Source: Streptantibioticus rubrisoli
Lineage (GTDB): Bacteria > Actinomycetota > Actinomycetes > Streptomycetales > Streptomycetaceae
Assembly: GCF_024436055.1 (NCBI RefSeq)
Contig: NZ_JANFNH010000046.1
Span: 538-32,537, forward strand
Length of the DNA: 32,000 bases
Direction of reading: 5' to 3'
Shown here in pieces: positions 20,481 through 29,519 of the stretch (positions are counted from its first letter, which is position 1; every line of letters starts with the position of its first letter). Position numbers and translations under genes: made by a program. Below the pieces are notes generated by a model, which saw only the letters and a list, made by a program, of their open reading frames with translations, had not been told where the DNA came from and did not search any database.

Positions 20481-20557
20481 CTGAGCAGCTTCCCACGTGA
20501 GCTCTCGAAGGGCTGAACATGGGCTCTTTCGTGATCGTGCTGAAACCCTGAAGGGTG

Positions 20558-21226
20558 TCAAAACTCCGATCCGGCCGCTGATCTGGGCGTTTCCCGTGAC
20601 GGCCGAGGAAGCGTGATTGACGCGGCGTGGTACTCGTTGAGCAGTCCGCCGAGTACTTGACGGCGCTGAACTGCTGCTGCGGGCAAGGCGATGACGTTGG
20701 GTTCGTCGTTGGGGGCTCGCAGCTGCAGGCTGCGGTGGGCGCGGCTGGTGTTGTAGTGGTCGGTGTACTTGGCGAGGACGGTGCGTAGGTGCCGCTCGCC
20801 GGTGATGAGTAGGCGGTTGGTGCATTCGGCGCGCAGGGTGCGTATCCACCGCTCCGCGAAGGCGTTCGACCGCGGGCTCTGCGGTGGGGTCTGGATGACC
20901 TCGATGTCGTTGCCGGCGAAGACGGCGTCGAAGGCGGCCGTGAACTTGGCATCGCGATCGCGGATGAGGAACCGGAAACCTTCGGCTCTGTCTCCCAGGT
21001 CCATCAGCAGATTCCGGGCGAGCTGCGCTGCCCACTCGCCGGTCGGATGTGCGGTGACGCCGAGAACGTGGACGCGCCGGGTCTTGATCTCCATGACGAA
21101 GAAGACGTAAAGGCGCCTGAGGAAGACGGTGTCCACGTGCAGGAAGTCGCAGGCGAGCAGCGTGTGAGCCTGCGAGCGGAGGAAGGTGCGCCAAGGCTGT
21201 TGCGTGGCACGTTGTGGTGCGGGAGG
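20558..21226 (-). pseudogene. 5'-truncated rve-type transposase (catalytic C-terminal part retained)
   Basis: [88 protein letters not shown]...[22 protein letters not shown]; homology stops at the left end of the IS at ~21227. Confidence 0.85.
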
Positions 21227-22425
21227 CAGTGCGCCTGCCGAAAATCTCATCCGCGCAGTTCAGGCGGCATGGTGGTACTCGTGGAGGACTCCGCCGAGGC
21301 GGTCTCTTCGGCGTATGTCTAGGCGGGTGATCTGGCCGGGATCGAGCGGTTCGGGGATGGCTCGCAGGGGTGCCGCCTGGTTCATCGCTTGATGGGGCCG
21401 GTGGGCGTTGTGGTGCAGCTCGAACTGGCGGAGGGCGTGCCGGAGGTGGCGCTCGTTCCAGATCAAGGTGCGGTCTAGGAGCTCGTGGCGACAGGTCTGC
21501 ACCCAGCGCTCCATGATGGCGTTCATGCGGGGCCTCCGGACGCCGGTGAGCACGGTCTGGATGCCGGCGTCTGCCAGGATCTGGTCGAAGAGAGCGGGGA
21601 ACTTCGCGTCGCGGTCCCGGATCAGGTATGTGACGGTGGCTGCGGCGTCCTCCAGGTCCATGACGAGGTTTCGTGCGGCCTGGCTTACCCACTGCGCGGT
21701 GGGGTGCGTGGTGGTGCCGAGGATCCGGATGCGGCGGGTGGCGTGCTCGATGACCGCGAGGATGTACTGGCGCTGGCCGGTCAAGGTGACGGTTTCGATG
21801 AAGTCGCAGGCCAGGAGGGCGTCGGCCTGGGAGCGCAGGAAGCCGGCCCAGGTCGTGGTGGCCCGGTCAGGCGCCGGGTCGATGCCCTCGGCTTGGAGGA
21901 TCTCCCAGACGGTGGAGGCGGCGACTTTGATGCCGAGGGTGGCGAGTTCGCCGTGCACCCTGCGGTAGCCCCACGATGGGTTCTCATGGACCAGGCGCAG
22001 GATCAGGATGCGGATCGAACGGACGGTGGGCGGGCGTCCTGGTCTCTTGGGTCGGCAGGTGCGGGCGTGGCGTTGTTTGATCAGGTCGCGGTGCCATCGC
22101 AGCACGGTCTCGGGCTGAATCAGCAGCCGGAGCTGGCGCAGGACCTGGCGCGGCAGCGGCGCCAGCAGAGCGGCGAGGAAGGTCCGGTCTTCCGGCGAGA
22201 ACTTCATCCGGTCCGCGCCGAGTTGCCGCTCAAGGACCATGATCTGGTGGCGCAGGGCGAGAATCTCCGCGTCCTTGTCGCGGTCGCTCATCGGTAGCAG
22301 ACGCAGCGCGGCGAACGCGTTGGTGACAGCCAGGTAGGCGAGGCGAAGTAACACGAGTGCTCATCCTGCCGCAGCACCGAACAAGCGCCTGAGCTGCGTG
22401 GATGACATTCTCGGCAGGCGCACTG
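21227..22425 (-). mobile_element. Apparently complete IS element (~1.2 kb) with ~38-bp terminal inverted repeats
   Basis: 21229-21266 GTGCGCCTGCCGAAAATCTCATCCGCGCAGTTCAGGCG vs reverse complement of 22386-22423 GTGCGCCTGCCGAGAATGTCATCCACGCAGCTCAGGCG: 34/38 identical; both ends are preceded by CA. Encloses an intact transposase gene. Confidence 0.9.
21260..22354 (-). CDS. Transposase, rve integrase core (full length, 364 aa)
   Basis: Uninterrupted: LRHQIMVLERQLGADRMKFSPEDRTFLAALLAPLPRQVLRQLRLLIQPETVLRWHRDLIKQRHARTCRPKRPGRPPTVRSIRILILRLVHENPSWGYRRVHGEL...LLACDFIETV...[22 protein letters not shown]...ELHHNAHRPHQ...RRDRLGGVLHEYHHAA. Confidence 0.93.
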   Translation of the reverse strand: MLLRLAYLAVTNAFAALRLLPMSDRDKDAEILALRHQIMVLERQLGADRMKFSPEDRTFLAALLAPLPRQVLRQLRLLIQPETVLRWHRDLIKQRHARTCRPKRPGRPPTVRSIRILILRLVHENPSWGYRRVHGELATLGIKVAASTVWEILQAEGIDPAPDRATTTWAGFLRSQADALLACDFIETVTLTGQRQYILAVIEHATRRIRILGTTTHPTAQWVSQAARNLVMDLEDAAATVTYLIRDRDAKFPALFDQILADAGIQTVLTGVRRPRMNAIMERWVQTCRHELLDRTLIWNERHLRHALRQFELHHNAHRPHQAMNQAAPLRAIPEPLDPGQITRLDIRRRDRLGGVLHEYHHAA

Positions 22426-22988
22426 TCCTTTGCGCCGGCGGCTGGCCCGCTGGTCGTCGGGCTGCGCGATGGTTGCCTTGATCCCCCGTCAGCAGATGGA
22501 TCTTGCTGGTCAGTCCGCCCCGCGAGCGCCCCAGCGCCTCCCTGCCATCCTCCTCCACGCGTGCACCGCCCCCTTTTGCGGGAAGTCGCGCGGCGGCCGG
22601 TGACGGGCCCCGGCCGCATGCTGATGTGCCCGGCAGGAGGTGGAGTCGATGTTCACCGCCCATTCGCGCCTGCTCTGCGCGCTCTCCTCCTCTGCCGCCT
22701 TGGCCAGTGCCCCGTCGGGATCGGTGGCATCCGCCTCGATCTGTAACTCGCCCAGGATCTGCCGCCAGGTGCCGTCCGCTGACCAGCGGCGGTGTCGCTC
22801 GTAGACGGTTTGCCAAGGGCCGTACCGCTCGGGCAGGTCCGGCCAGGGCACACCGGTACGGGCCGGTACAACACACCGTTGATTACTGTGCGGTGATCGG
22901 CCCACTGCCCACCAGGCTTGCCGTTGGCGGGCAGTAACGGCTCGATCTTCTGCCACTGCGCGTCCGAGAGCTCATGTCGCCGCACCAT
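22426..22988 (-). pseudogene. IS5-family-like transposase remnant, frameshifted and 3'-truncated
   Basis: MVRRHELSDAQWQKIEPLLPANGKPGGQWADHRTVINGVLYR (ORF 22653..23033); GVPWPDLPERYGPWQTVYERHRRWSADGTWRQIL...VNIDSTSCRAHQHAAGAR (ORF 22510..22956); GGLTSKIHLL (ORF 22361..22876). Confidence 0.85.
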
Positions 22989-23143
22989 GAGACGCACCTG
23001 CCCAGGCCAGGCACTGATCCACCCACCCAGCAAGAGCCATCAGAAACGGCCTAGCTCCTCCACGGCCAAGTGCTCGGTGATGGTCTCGCTCATCAGGCGT
23101 CTCCTTGATCATCGGATCCGCCGTTGATTAGCGCCTCTGTGTG

Positions 23144-24184
23144 TCAAGCAGCTGCTGCGAGTTGAACTCGCTGATCTCGTTTCATGATCCGGTAGACCAC
23201 GTTGGAGAGGCGTCGTTTGAGGGCTCGGCGGGCTTCGGCGGGTGTCTTTCCTTCGGAGATCTTGCGGAGGTAGTACTCCCGGCCGCGCCCATCGTTACGG
23301 ATCTGGCAGACCGCGATGATGTGAAGGGCGCTGTTCAAAGCTCTGTTGCCCCCGGTGTTGAGCCGATGGCGTACTCGTTTGCCGCTGGAGGCGTCCAAGG
23401 GCGCGCTGCCGACGTAGCTGGCGAAGTGGTGTTCCGTCGGGAAGCGGCTGATGTCGCCGACGTGGCCCACGAGCTTCGCAGCCAGCACCGTGCCCAGTCC
23501 GGGCAGCGACGTCAGGCTGGTTCGTGCGGCAGCGAGAGCATCGCGCATCTGGGCCTCGTTGCCCTTGACCTGCCGGTCAAGCCTGCGCAGATCGGCCAGC
23601 AGATCACGAGCGATGTCCCGGCGGCAGTGGTCCGTCGCGGTGGCCGGCCGGATGCCCTTCATCAAAGTCGCGGCCTTCTCCGCCGACAGCCGTGTGGGGG
23701 CGCCACCGGGCAACAGGTCGCGAAGGACCGCGTGGAGACGGTTGACGATACGGGTCCGCTCGCCGGTCAGGTCGTCGTGCCGCTCGGTCAGCAGCCGCAG
23801 GATCGTGGACTGGTCCTCCGCGGTGACCCTGCGCAGATCGGTGCGGAAGAGCGCGACCTGAGCCACGTGAAGAGCGTCTGCGGGGTCGGTCTTCCGGTCC
23901 CCGCCGGTGGCCAGGAGACGAGCCCTGGCCGACAAGGTGGAAGGCACGTCAACGACATCCTCGCCCGCGGCGGCCAGCTGCTGAGCAAGAGACCGGCCGA
24001 GACCGCTGGCGCCTTCGACCGCGAACCGGCGCCCCGGCCACTGCGCGCACCAGTGCAGAAGCCGACCGAAGGTCCCGGAGTTGACGATGAACCGCCGCTG
24101 ACCAACCTTGTGGCCTGCTGCATCGACAGCGACTGCGGTGTGCGAGGACTTGTGGGGATCGATCCCGATGATGATCATGCGCAT
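23144..24184 (-). CDS. IS110-family transposase (DEDD type), apparently intact
   Basis: MRMIIIGIDPHKSSHTAVAVDAAGHKV...LRRVTAEDQSTILRLLTERHDDLTGERTRIVNRLHAVLRDLLPG...LTSLPGLGTVLAAKLVGHVGDISRFPTEHHFASYVGSAPLDASSGKRVRHRLNTGGNRALNSALHIIA. Start trimmed from ORF 23144..24253. Confidence 0.92.
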   Translation of the reverse strand: MRMIIIGIDPHKSSHTAVAVDAAGHKVGQRRFIVNSGTFGRLLHWCAQWPGRRFAVEGASGLGRSLAQQLAAAGEDVVDVPSTLSARARLLATGGDRKTDPADALHVAQVALFRTDLRRVTAEDQSTILRLLTERHDDLTGERTRIVNRLHAVLRDLLPGGAPTRLSAEKAATLMKGIRPATATDHCRRDIARDLLADLRRLDRQVKGNEAQMRDALAAARTSLTSLPGLGTVLAAKLVGHVGDISRFPTEHHFASYVGSAPLDASSGKRVRHRLNTGGNRALNSALHIIAVCQIRNDGRGREYYLRKISEGKTPAEARRALKRRLSNVVYRIMKRDQRVQLAAAA

Positions 24185-24454
24185 CCTGACCTGGCGGCTG
24201 ACGGGCAGAAATGTGCGGTGGGCACTCTGACTTGAAGTAGCAGTCACACACATTCATGCCTCTGTCGAGCCACACCGCGCGGGTGCCGGACGGCGGCGGC
24301 ACGCTAATCATGAGCCAGCCCGCAGGGCGGCAAGACACTACACGAGCCCATGCCGACCGGCACCCTGGACGCTACGGCTGCAGACCGAGCGCCTGCGGTC
24401 GATTCAACAAGTCAGACACTCCCCGATTCCCCGCCAAGGTTGCTTGCGAGAGCA

Positions 24455-25669
24455 TCAGCAAGGCCAGGGCTGCTGCATCTCGATGGGCAGGTGGCGGGGG
24501 CCGCGAAGCATGGCGGCGTACCGGTAGGGAGGAGGGTCCTGGAGCAGGTATGCCGTGCCGAGGTGGGGGATGAGCGCGCCGAGCGCGGCTTGGGCTTCGA
24601 CGCGGGCGAGTGGTGCGCCGTAGCACAGGTGAATGCCGCTGCCGAAGCCGAGGTGCTCGTTGTCCGGGCGGGTGGGGTCGAACCGGTCGGGCTCGTGGAA
24701 CCGCTTGGGGTCGCGGTTGCCTGAGGCCAGCGCGAGCACGGTGGAGGTGCCCTTGGCAATGCTGGTACCAGCGATCTCCACGTCGGCGAGGGGGATGCGC
24801 TCGCGCATGTGGACCGGGGGCTCGTAGCGCAGCAGTTCCTCCACCGCCCTGGGTAGCAGGTCGGGCTCCCGGCGCAGCCGGTCGAGCTGGTCGGGGCGGC
24901 GCAGCAGGGTGAGTACCCCGTTGGCGATCAGGTTGACGGTGGTCTCGTGTCCGGCGATGAGCAGCAACACGGCGGTTTCCGCGAGCTCCTCGCGGGTGAG
25001 CAGCATGGCCGGGTCTGGTTCGTTGACGAAGGCGGAGAGCATGTCGCCGGTGGGGTGGCCGCGGCGTTGCTCGGCGAGGTTCACCAGGTACTGGCCCATT
25101 TCGATCCGCGCCTGGTCGCCCGCCCGGTCCTGCTCGATGGAGTCCTTGTCTTCGGGCCTGACGTCGGCGGACGCGACGATGGCGTTGGACCATTCACGGA
25201 ACAGCGGCTCGTCCTCGCGTGGGACGCCGAGCAGCCGACAGATGACCGTGACGGGCAGCGGATAGGCGAAGTCGTCGACGACGTCGATCTGGGCGCGGTC
25301 CCGGAGTCCGTCGAGCAGTTCGTCCGTGACTTCGGTGATCTCGCCGCGCATGGCGTCGATCCGGCCGGGGCTGTGCGGGGGGCCGAACGGCCGCATGGCC
25401 AGGGTGCGCAGCCTGTGGTGCTCGGGGTCGTCCAGCCGCAGGAACGGTGGCTTCGGTGCCCCCTCGGGCGGGGCGGTGAGATTGCGGGGGTCTGCGCTGA
25501 ATCGCGGATCGTGGAGCAGGGCGCTGATCTCGTGGTAGGTGCCGACCAGGTAGCTTCCGTCTTCCTGCCGCACCACTCGACCGGCTTCACGGAGTTCCGC
25601 GTACAGCGGGTACGGGTCGGAGCGGTTAGCGTAGTCGGTGATCCGTTCCAGGAGGGTCTCGGCGGCCAT
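24455..25669 (-). CDS. Cytochrome P450 (bacterial class I, 404 aa)
   Basis: Start at MAAETLLERITDYANRSDPYP; I-helix LLLIAGHETTVNL; ExxR EELLRYEPP; haem ligand loop HLGFGSGIHLCYGAPLARVEAQ. Confidence 0.95.
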   Translation of the reverse strand: MAAETLLERITDYANRSDPYPLYAELREAGRVVRQEDGSYLVGTYHEISALLHDPRFSADPRNLTAPPEGAPKPPFLRLDDPEHHRLRTLAMRPFGPPHSPGRIDAMRGEITEVTDELLDGLRDRAQIDVVDDFAYPLPVTVICRLLGVPREDEPLFREWSNAIVASADVRPEDKDSIEQDRAGDQARIEMGQYLVNLAEQRRGHPTGDMLSAFVNEPDPAMLLTREELAETAVLLLIAGHETTVNLIANGVLTLLRRPDQLDRLRREPDLLPRAVEELLRYEPPVHMRERIPLADVEIAGTSIAKGTSTVLALASGNRDPKRFHEPDRFDPTRPDNEHLGFGSGIHLCYGAPLARVEAQAALGALIPHLGTAYLLQDPPPYRYAAMLRGPRHLPIEMQQPWPC

Positions 25670-25707
25670 GGGGCTCGGCTCCTCGGGGTGTGAGGGGACG
25701 CGAGTGG

Positions 25708-27081
25708 TCAGCTCGTGGGCTGCACCACGGTCAGTCGGCGGTCGGGCAGGTGTCCGGTGAGCGCTACGGTGGGGCCGTGGGACAGGCCCTTCGGATCGGG
25801 CACATCGGAGGGAACCGGGATCTCGGCCGCGATCGGACGGTCCGCCGCGCCGGGCACGGGTGGGAACGGTGCGGCGGTTTCGATCAGGTGCTGGTAGTAC
25901 GGAAGCGACTTGGCCATGTCGACGGTGACCGCGGCGGTGACGCGGCCGCGGTAGCCGTACACCATGACTACACGGCGCTCCTCCAGCGAACCTTGGGCGA
26001 TGACGACATGGTCGGAGAGGGTGGGTACGCCTACCGCCTTGATGTTGAGCCCGAACTGGGTTGACCAGAACGTCGGGAGGGCGAGGTGCGGGCGCCTCAG
26101 CGGCCCGGCACTGACCATGTTGTGGGCTGCCACCTCGGCCTGCGCGACCGCGTTGCCCCAGTGCTCCAGGGAGAGCAACTGGTACTCGAACAGTGGGTGC
26201 GGGAAGCGGGAGACATCGCCGGCCACGAAGACGTCGTCGGTGACGATCCCGTACATGTCGAAGGCTCGGCACCCGGCGTCGCAGGCGAGGCCGCGCGGAC
26301 CCGCCGCCAGTCCCGCCTCGGCCAGCCATTCGACGTTGCGGACCGCCCCCAGCGCCGCGACGCACACGTCTGCTTCCACGCGGCTGCCGTCGGACAGGTC
26401 CGCACCGGTGAGTCGGCCGTTGCCATCCCCGCGCAGGGCGGTGACGGTCACCCCGCAGCGCAGGTCCACGCCGTTGTTGCGATGCATGGCCGCAGCCAGC
26501 TTCGACAGCGTGCCGCCGAGCGCGCCCACCAGCGGCGCGGGGCCGCGTTCGGTGACCGTGACCTCCAGTCCGCGTTCCCGGCAGGCCGAGGCGATCTCCG
26601 AGCCGGTGAAGCCGCCGCCGATCACCAGCACCCGCTGCGGCCCGGCGGCCAGTCGCTCGGCCAGGCCCGCGGCGTCGTCGCGGGTGCGCAGGGTGAAGAC
26701 CCCGTCCAAGGCGGCTTCCCGTGGATTTGGCCAGGGCCGCGCCCGGGTCCCGGTGGCGACCAGCAGCCGGTCGTACGGCAGCGACTCGCCCTCGGCCAGC
26801 ACCACCCGTTTGTCGACGGGGTCCAGGCCAGTGGCCCGAACGCCCAGTCGCCAGTCCGCGTCTGGATCCCGGCGCATCGGCAGCCCGGTGGTGTCCGCCG
26901 CGACGTGGCCGAGCAGCACCTGTTTGGACAGCGGCGGCCGGTCGTAGGGCGGATACGGCTCGTCGCCCACCACGGTCAGTGAGCCGGTGAAGCCCTCCTC
27001 GCGCAGCGCCTCAGCGGCCCGCAATCCAGCCAGCGACGCGCCGACGATCACGATGCGGCCGTCCCGACGGTCACCGGCCAC
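25708..27081 (-). CDS. FAD-dependent NAD(P)H:ferredoxin reductase
   Basis: IVIVGASLAGLRAAEALREEGFTGSLTVVGDEPYPPYDRPPLSKQVL; VLVIGGGFTGSEIASACRERGLEVTVTERG; GIVTDDVFVAGDVSRFPHP; FWSTQFGLNIKAVG. Confidence 0.95.
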   Translation of the reverse strand: MAGDRRDGRIVIVGASLAGLRAAEALREEGFTGSLTVVGDEPYPPYDRPPLSKQVLLGHVAADTTGLPMRRDPDADWRLGVRATGLDPVDKRVVLAEGESLPYDRLLVATGTRARPWPNPREAALDGVFTLRTRDDAAGLAERLAAGPQRVLVIGGGFTGSEIASACRERGLEVTVTERGPAPLVGALGGTLSKLAAAMHRNNGVDLRCGVTVTALRGDGNGRLTGADLSDGSRVEADVCVAALGAVRNVEWLAEAGLAAGPRGLACDAGCRAFDMYGIVTDDVFVAGDVSRFPHPLFEYQLLSLEHWGNAVAQAEVAAHNMVSAGPLRRPHLALPTFWSTQFGLNIKAVGVPTLSDHVVIAQGSLEERRVVMVYGYRGRVTAAVTVDMAKSLPYYQHLIETAAPFPPVPGAADRPIAAEIPVPSDVPDPKGLSHGPTVALTGHLPDRRLTVVQPTS

Positions 27082-27280
27082 GGGCGCTCACCTCCTCGCC
27101 GAGGAGGATGGCCTGGACCGGGCAGGCCGCAGCGGCCTGGCGCACGCGCTCCAGCTGGTCATCGGGGACGGCTGAGGAGTACAGCAACCCCTCTTCGCCG
27201 TGCAGCTGGAACACCTCCGGCGCGAGGAACACACACTGCGCATAGCCCTGGCAACGGGTGAGGTCCACAACGATCCGCAT
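27071..27280 (-). CDS. Ferredoxin, 3Fe-4S-like (69 aa)
   Basis: MRIVVDLTRCQGYAQCVFLAPEVFQL...AAAACPVQAILL; CxxYxxC...CP pattern; 3' end overlaps the reductase start. Confidence 0.92.
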   Translation of the reverse strand: MRIVVDLTRCQGYAQCVFLAPEVFQLHGEEGLLYSSAVPDDQLERVRQAAAACPVQAILLGEEVSARGR

Positions 27281-27397
27281 CCCACCGCTCCCTCTGCCGC
27301 CTCAGCTCCCTGTTCCTTCCAGGATGAGGGACGAATCAGATGCCCGCACGGGCTACCGCCGCCGACACTGCGGGTGCCGATTAATCATCCGGCCTGG

Positions 27398-28484
27398 TCA
27401 AGCGTATGTCGGTACTCGTGCAGGGTTCCGCCGAGTCGGTCTCGGCGGCGAACTTCCAGGTGTCTGATGTGTGCTGGCACGTTGATCGGTTCGGGCAGTG
27501 GGCGAAGGGGTGTGGCTTGCTTCAGCGTTCGTGTGGCCGGTGTTCGTTGTAGAAGGTTCGAATTCCCGGTGCGCGCGGAGCAGATGGCTCTGGTTCCAGA
27601 TCAGGGTGTGGTCGAGGAGCTGGCGTCGGCAGGTCTGTATCCAGCGTTCCGTGAGCGAGTGCGTTCGGGGTATCTGGATGCCGGTGGTGACGACCTTCAG
27701 GCCGGCGTCGGTCAGCAGTGCGTCGAGGGCGGCGGTGAACTTCGAGTCTCGGTCTCGGATCAGGAACTTGGCTCTGTTGTCCGCGTCCTGCAGGTCCATG
27801 AGGAGATTGCGGCCGGGCTGCACGATCCACGCCTCGGTGGGGTGGGCTGTTGCGCCCAGGATCCGGATGCGCCTCGTGGAGTGCTCGATGACGGCGAAGA
27901 CGTACAGGCGCGGCCCGGTCAGGGTGCGGGTCTCGAAGAGATCGCAGGCGAGCAGTGCGGCTGCCTGGTTGCGGAGGAAGTCGGCTCAGGTCGTGCTCTG
28001 CCGTTCAGGTGCGGGTGGGATGCCGTGCTCGCGGAGGATCTCCCAGACGGTCGAAGCGGCGATCTTGATGCCGAGGGCCGTGAGCTCGCCGTGGATTCGG
28101 CGATACCCTCACGAGCTGTTCTCGCGGGCCAAGCGCAGGACGAGGGCGCGAATAGAGCGGACGGTGGGCGGGCGCCCGCGACGCTTGCACGCAGGTCGCA
28201 GCATGGCGTCGCTTGAGCAGGTTGCGGTGCCAGCGCAGAAGCGTGTCGGGGTGTGCGAGCAGCAGGAGGTGCCGCAGCTTTTCCATGGGGAGGTGGTGGA
28301 GCAGGCTGGCGAGGACAGCGCGGTCGGTGTCGGTGAACGTGGGCTTGCCGACCTGGCGCTTAAGGACCAGCAGTTGGTGTCGCAGCGCGAGGATCTCGAT
28401 GTCTTTGTCCCGGTCACTCATCGGCAGCAGGCGCAGGAGCGCGAAGGTGTTCGTAGCGGCGAGGTAGGCCAGGCGTAGCAGCAC
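27398..28484 (-). pseudogene. rve-type transposase, frame-disrupted, same family as 21260-22354
   Basis: N-terminus MLLRLAYLAATNTFALLRLLPMSDRDKDIEILALRHQLLVLKRQV in ORF 28005..28484; GRPPTVRSIRALVLRLARENSS in 28109..28417; NLLMDLQDADNRAKFLIRDRDSKFTAALDALLTDAG...WIQTCRRQLLDHTLIWNQSHL in 27398..27823. Confidence 0.87.
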
Positions 28485-28588
28485 GACAGATCATGATGCC
28501 GTCGACGCCCTGAGCAGGTGAAGACTCTGAGCGATCGGCGGTCACGGCCCGGAGATTGGCGATCAAGGGCACGACCTGGACGGATGAT

Positions 28589-29240
28589 TTATCGGCACCC
28601 GCAGAGTTGCCCTCGAGCCTGGTGCGGGCGATGACCGTTGTAGTGCCGGGCATAGGCATCGAGGACCTGCCGAGCATGGGACTCGTTCCATATCAGCACG
28701 TGGTCGAGAACCTCGCGCCGCAGGGTGCCAATGACCCGCTCGCAGTGCGCGTTCATCCGGGGAGCCCGCGGCGCGGTTCTCACCACCTCGATGTCGTCGG
28801 CCGCGAAGACCGCGTCGAAGGACTCGGTGTACTTCGCGTCCCGGTCCCGGAGCAGGAAACGCAGCGAGTCCACCCGCACACCCAACTCGACGGCGACGTT
28901 TCTCGCCTGCTGGACCGTCCAGGACCCGGTGGGATGCGCAGTCACTCCCGCGACGCGCAGCCGGCGTGTGCCGTGCTCGAGAAAGACCAGCGCGTACACC
29001 CGTCGCAGGTCGACCAGGTCGATGTGCAGGAAGTCGCAGGCGATGACGCCCTCGGCCTGCGCTGCCAGGAACTCACGCCACGTCGGGCCGCTGCGGCGCG
29101 GGGCCGGGTCAATGCCGGCCGTCGTCAGGATCTCCCAGACCGTCGTCGAGCCGAGCGAATGCCCGAGCCGAACCAGTTCGCCCTGGATCCGACGGCAGCT
29201 CCAACGAGGATTCTCGTGGGCTAGCCGCACCACCACTGTC
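28589..29240 (-). pseudogene. N-terminally truncated rve-type transposase, divergent subfamily
   Basis: [118 protein letters not shown]...FLLRDRDAKYTESFDAVFAADDIEVVRTAPRAPRMNAHCERVIGTLRREVLDHVLIWNE. Confidence 0.82.
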
Positions 29241-29519
29241 CTCCCTCCTCTCGGCCTCCCCAGCAGTGAGGGCACCCAAAGGTTGGGCGCGCCGCAGCCT
29301 GGCCGCACACCCGGCACCTGCGTAACTGCCACGAACGCTGGGCCCATAACCACCCAGCGCTCCTCCGCTTCGCCTACTCAACCCGGCAGCCACCGCACAC
29401 TCATGCCGAACTGATCTCCAAGCCCGCGACGTAGCCAAGCCGGGAGCGGCACGGAACCCCATCGTTGGCAGGTTGCGCTTCTCAGCTTTCGTTCAGGATC
29501 GCTCCCTAGCGTTTCGTCC

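Noticed and set aside
21485-22297. 270-aa plus-strand ORF across the IS element
   Set aside because: Antisense to the intact transposase; no domain-like sequence.
22503-24123. ORFs opposite the IS5-like and IS110-like transposases
   Set aside because: Shadow ORFs; the transposase motifs are on the minus strand.
28498-28550. Possible terminal repeat of the broken transposase copy at 27398-28484
   Set aside because: Only weak similarity between GTGCCGATTAATCATCCGGCCTGGTCAAGCG near 27370-27400 and the reverse complement of ~28502-28540; insufficient to define element ends.
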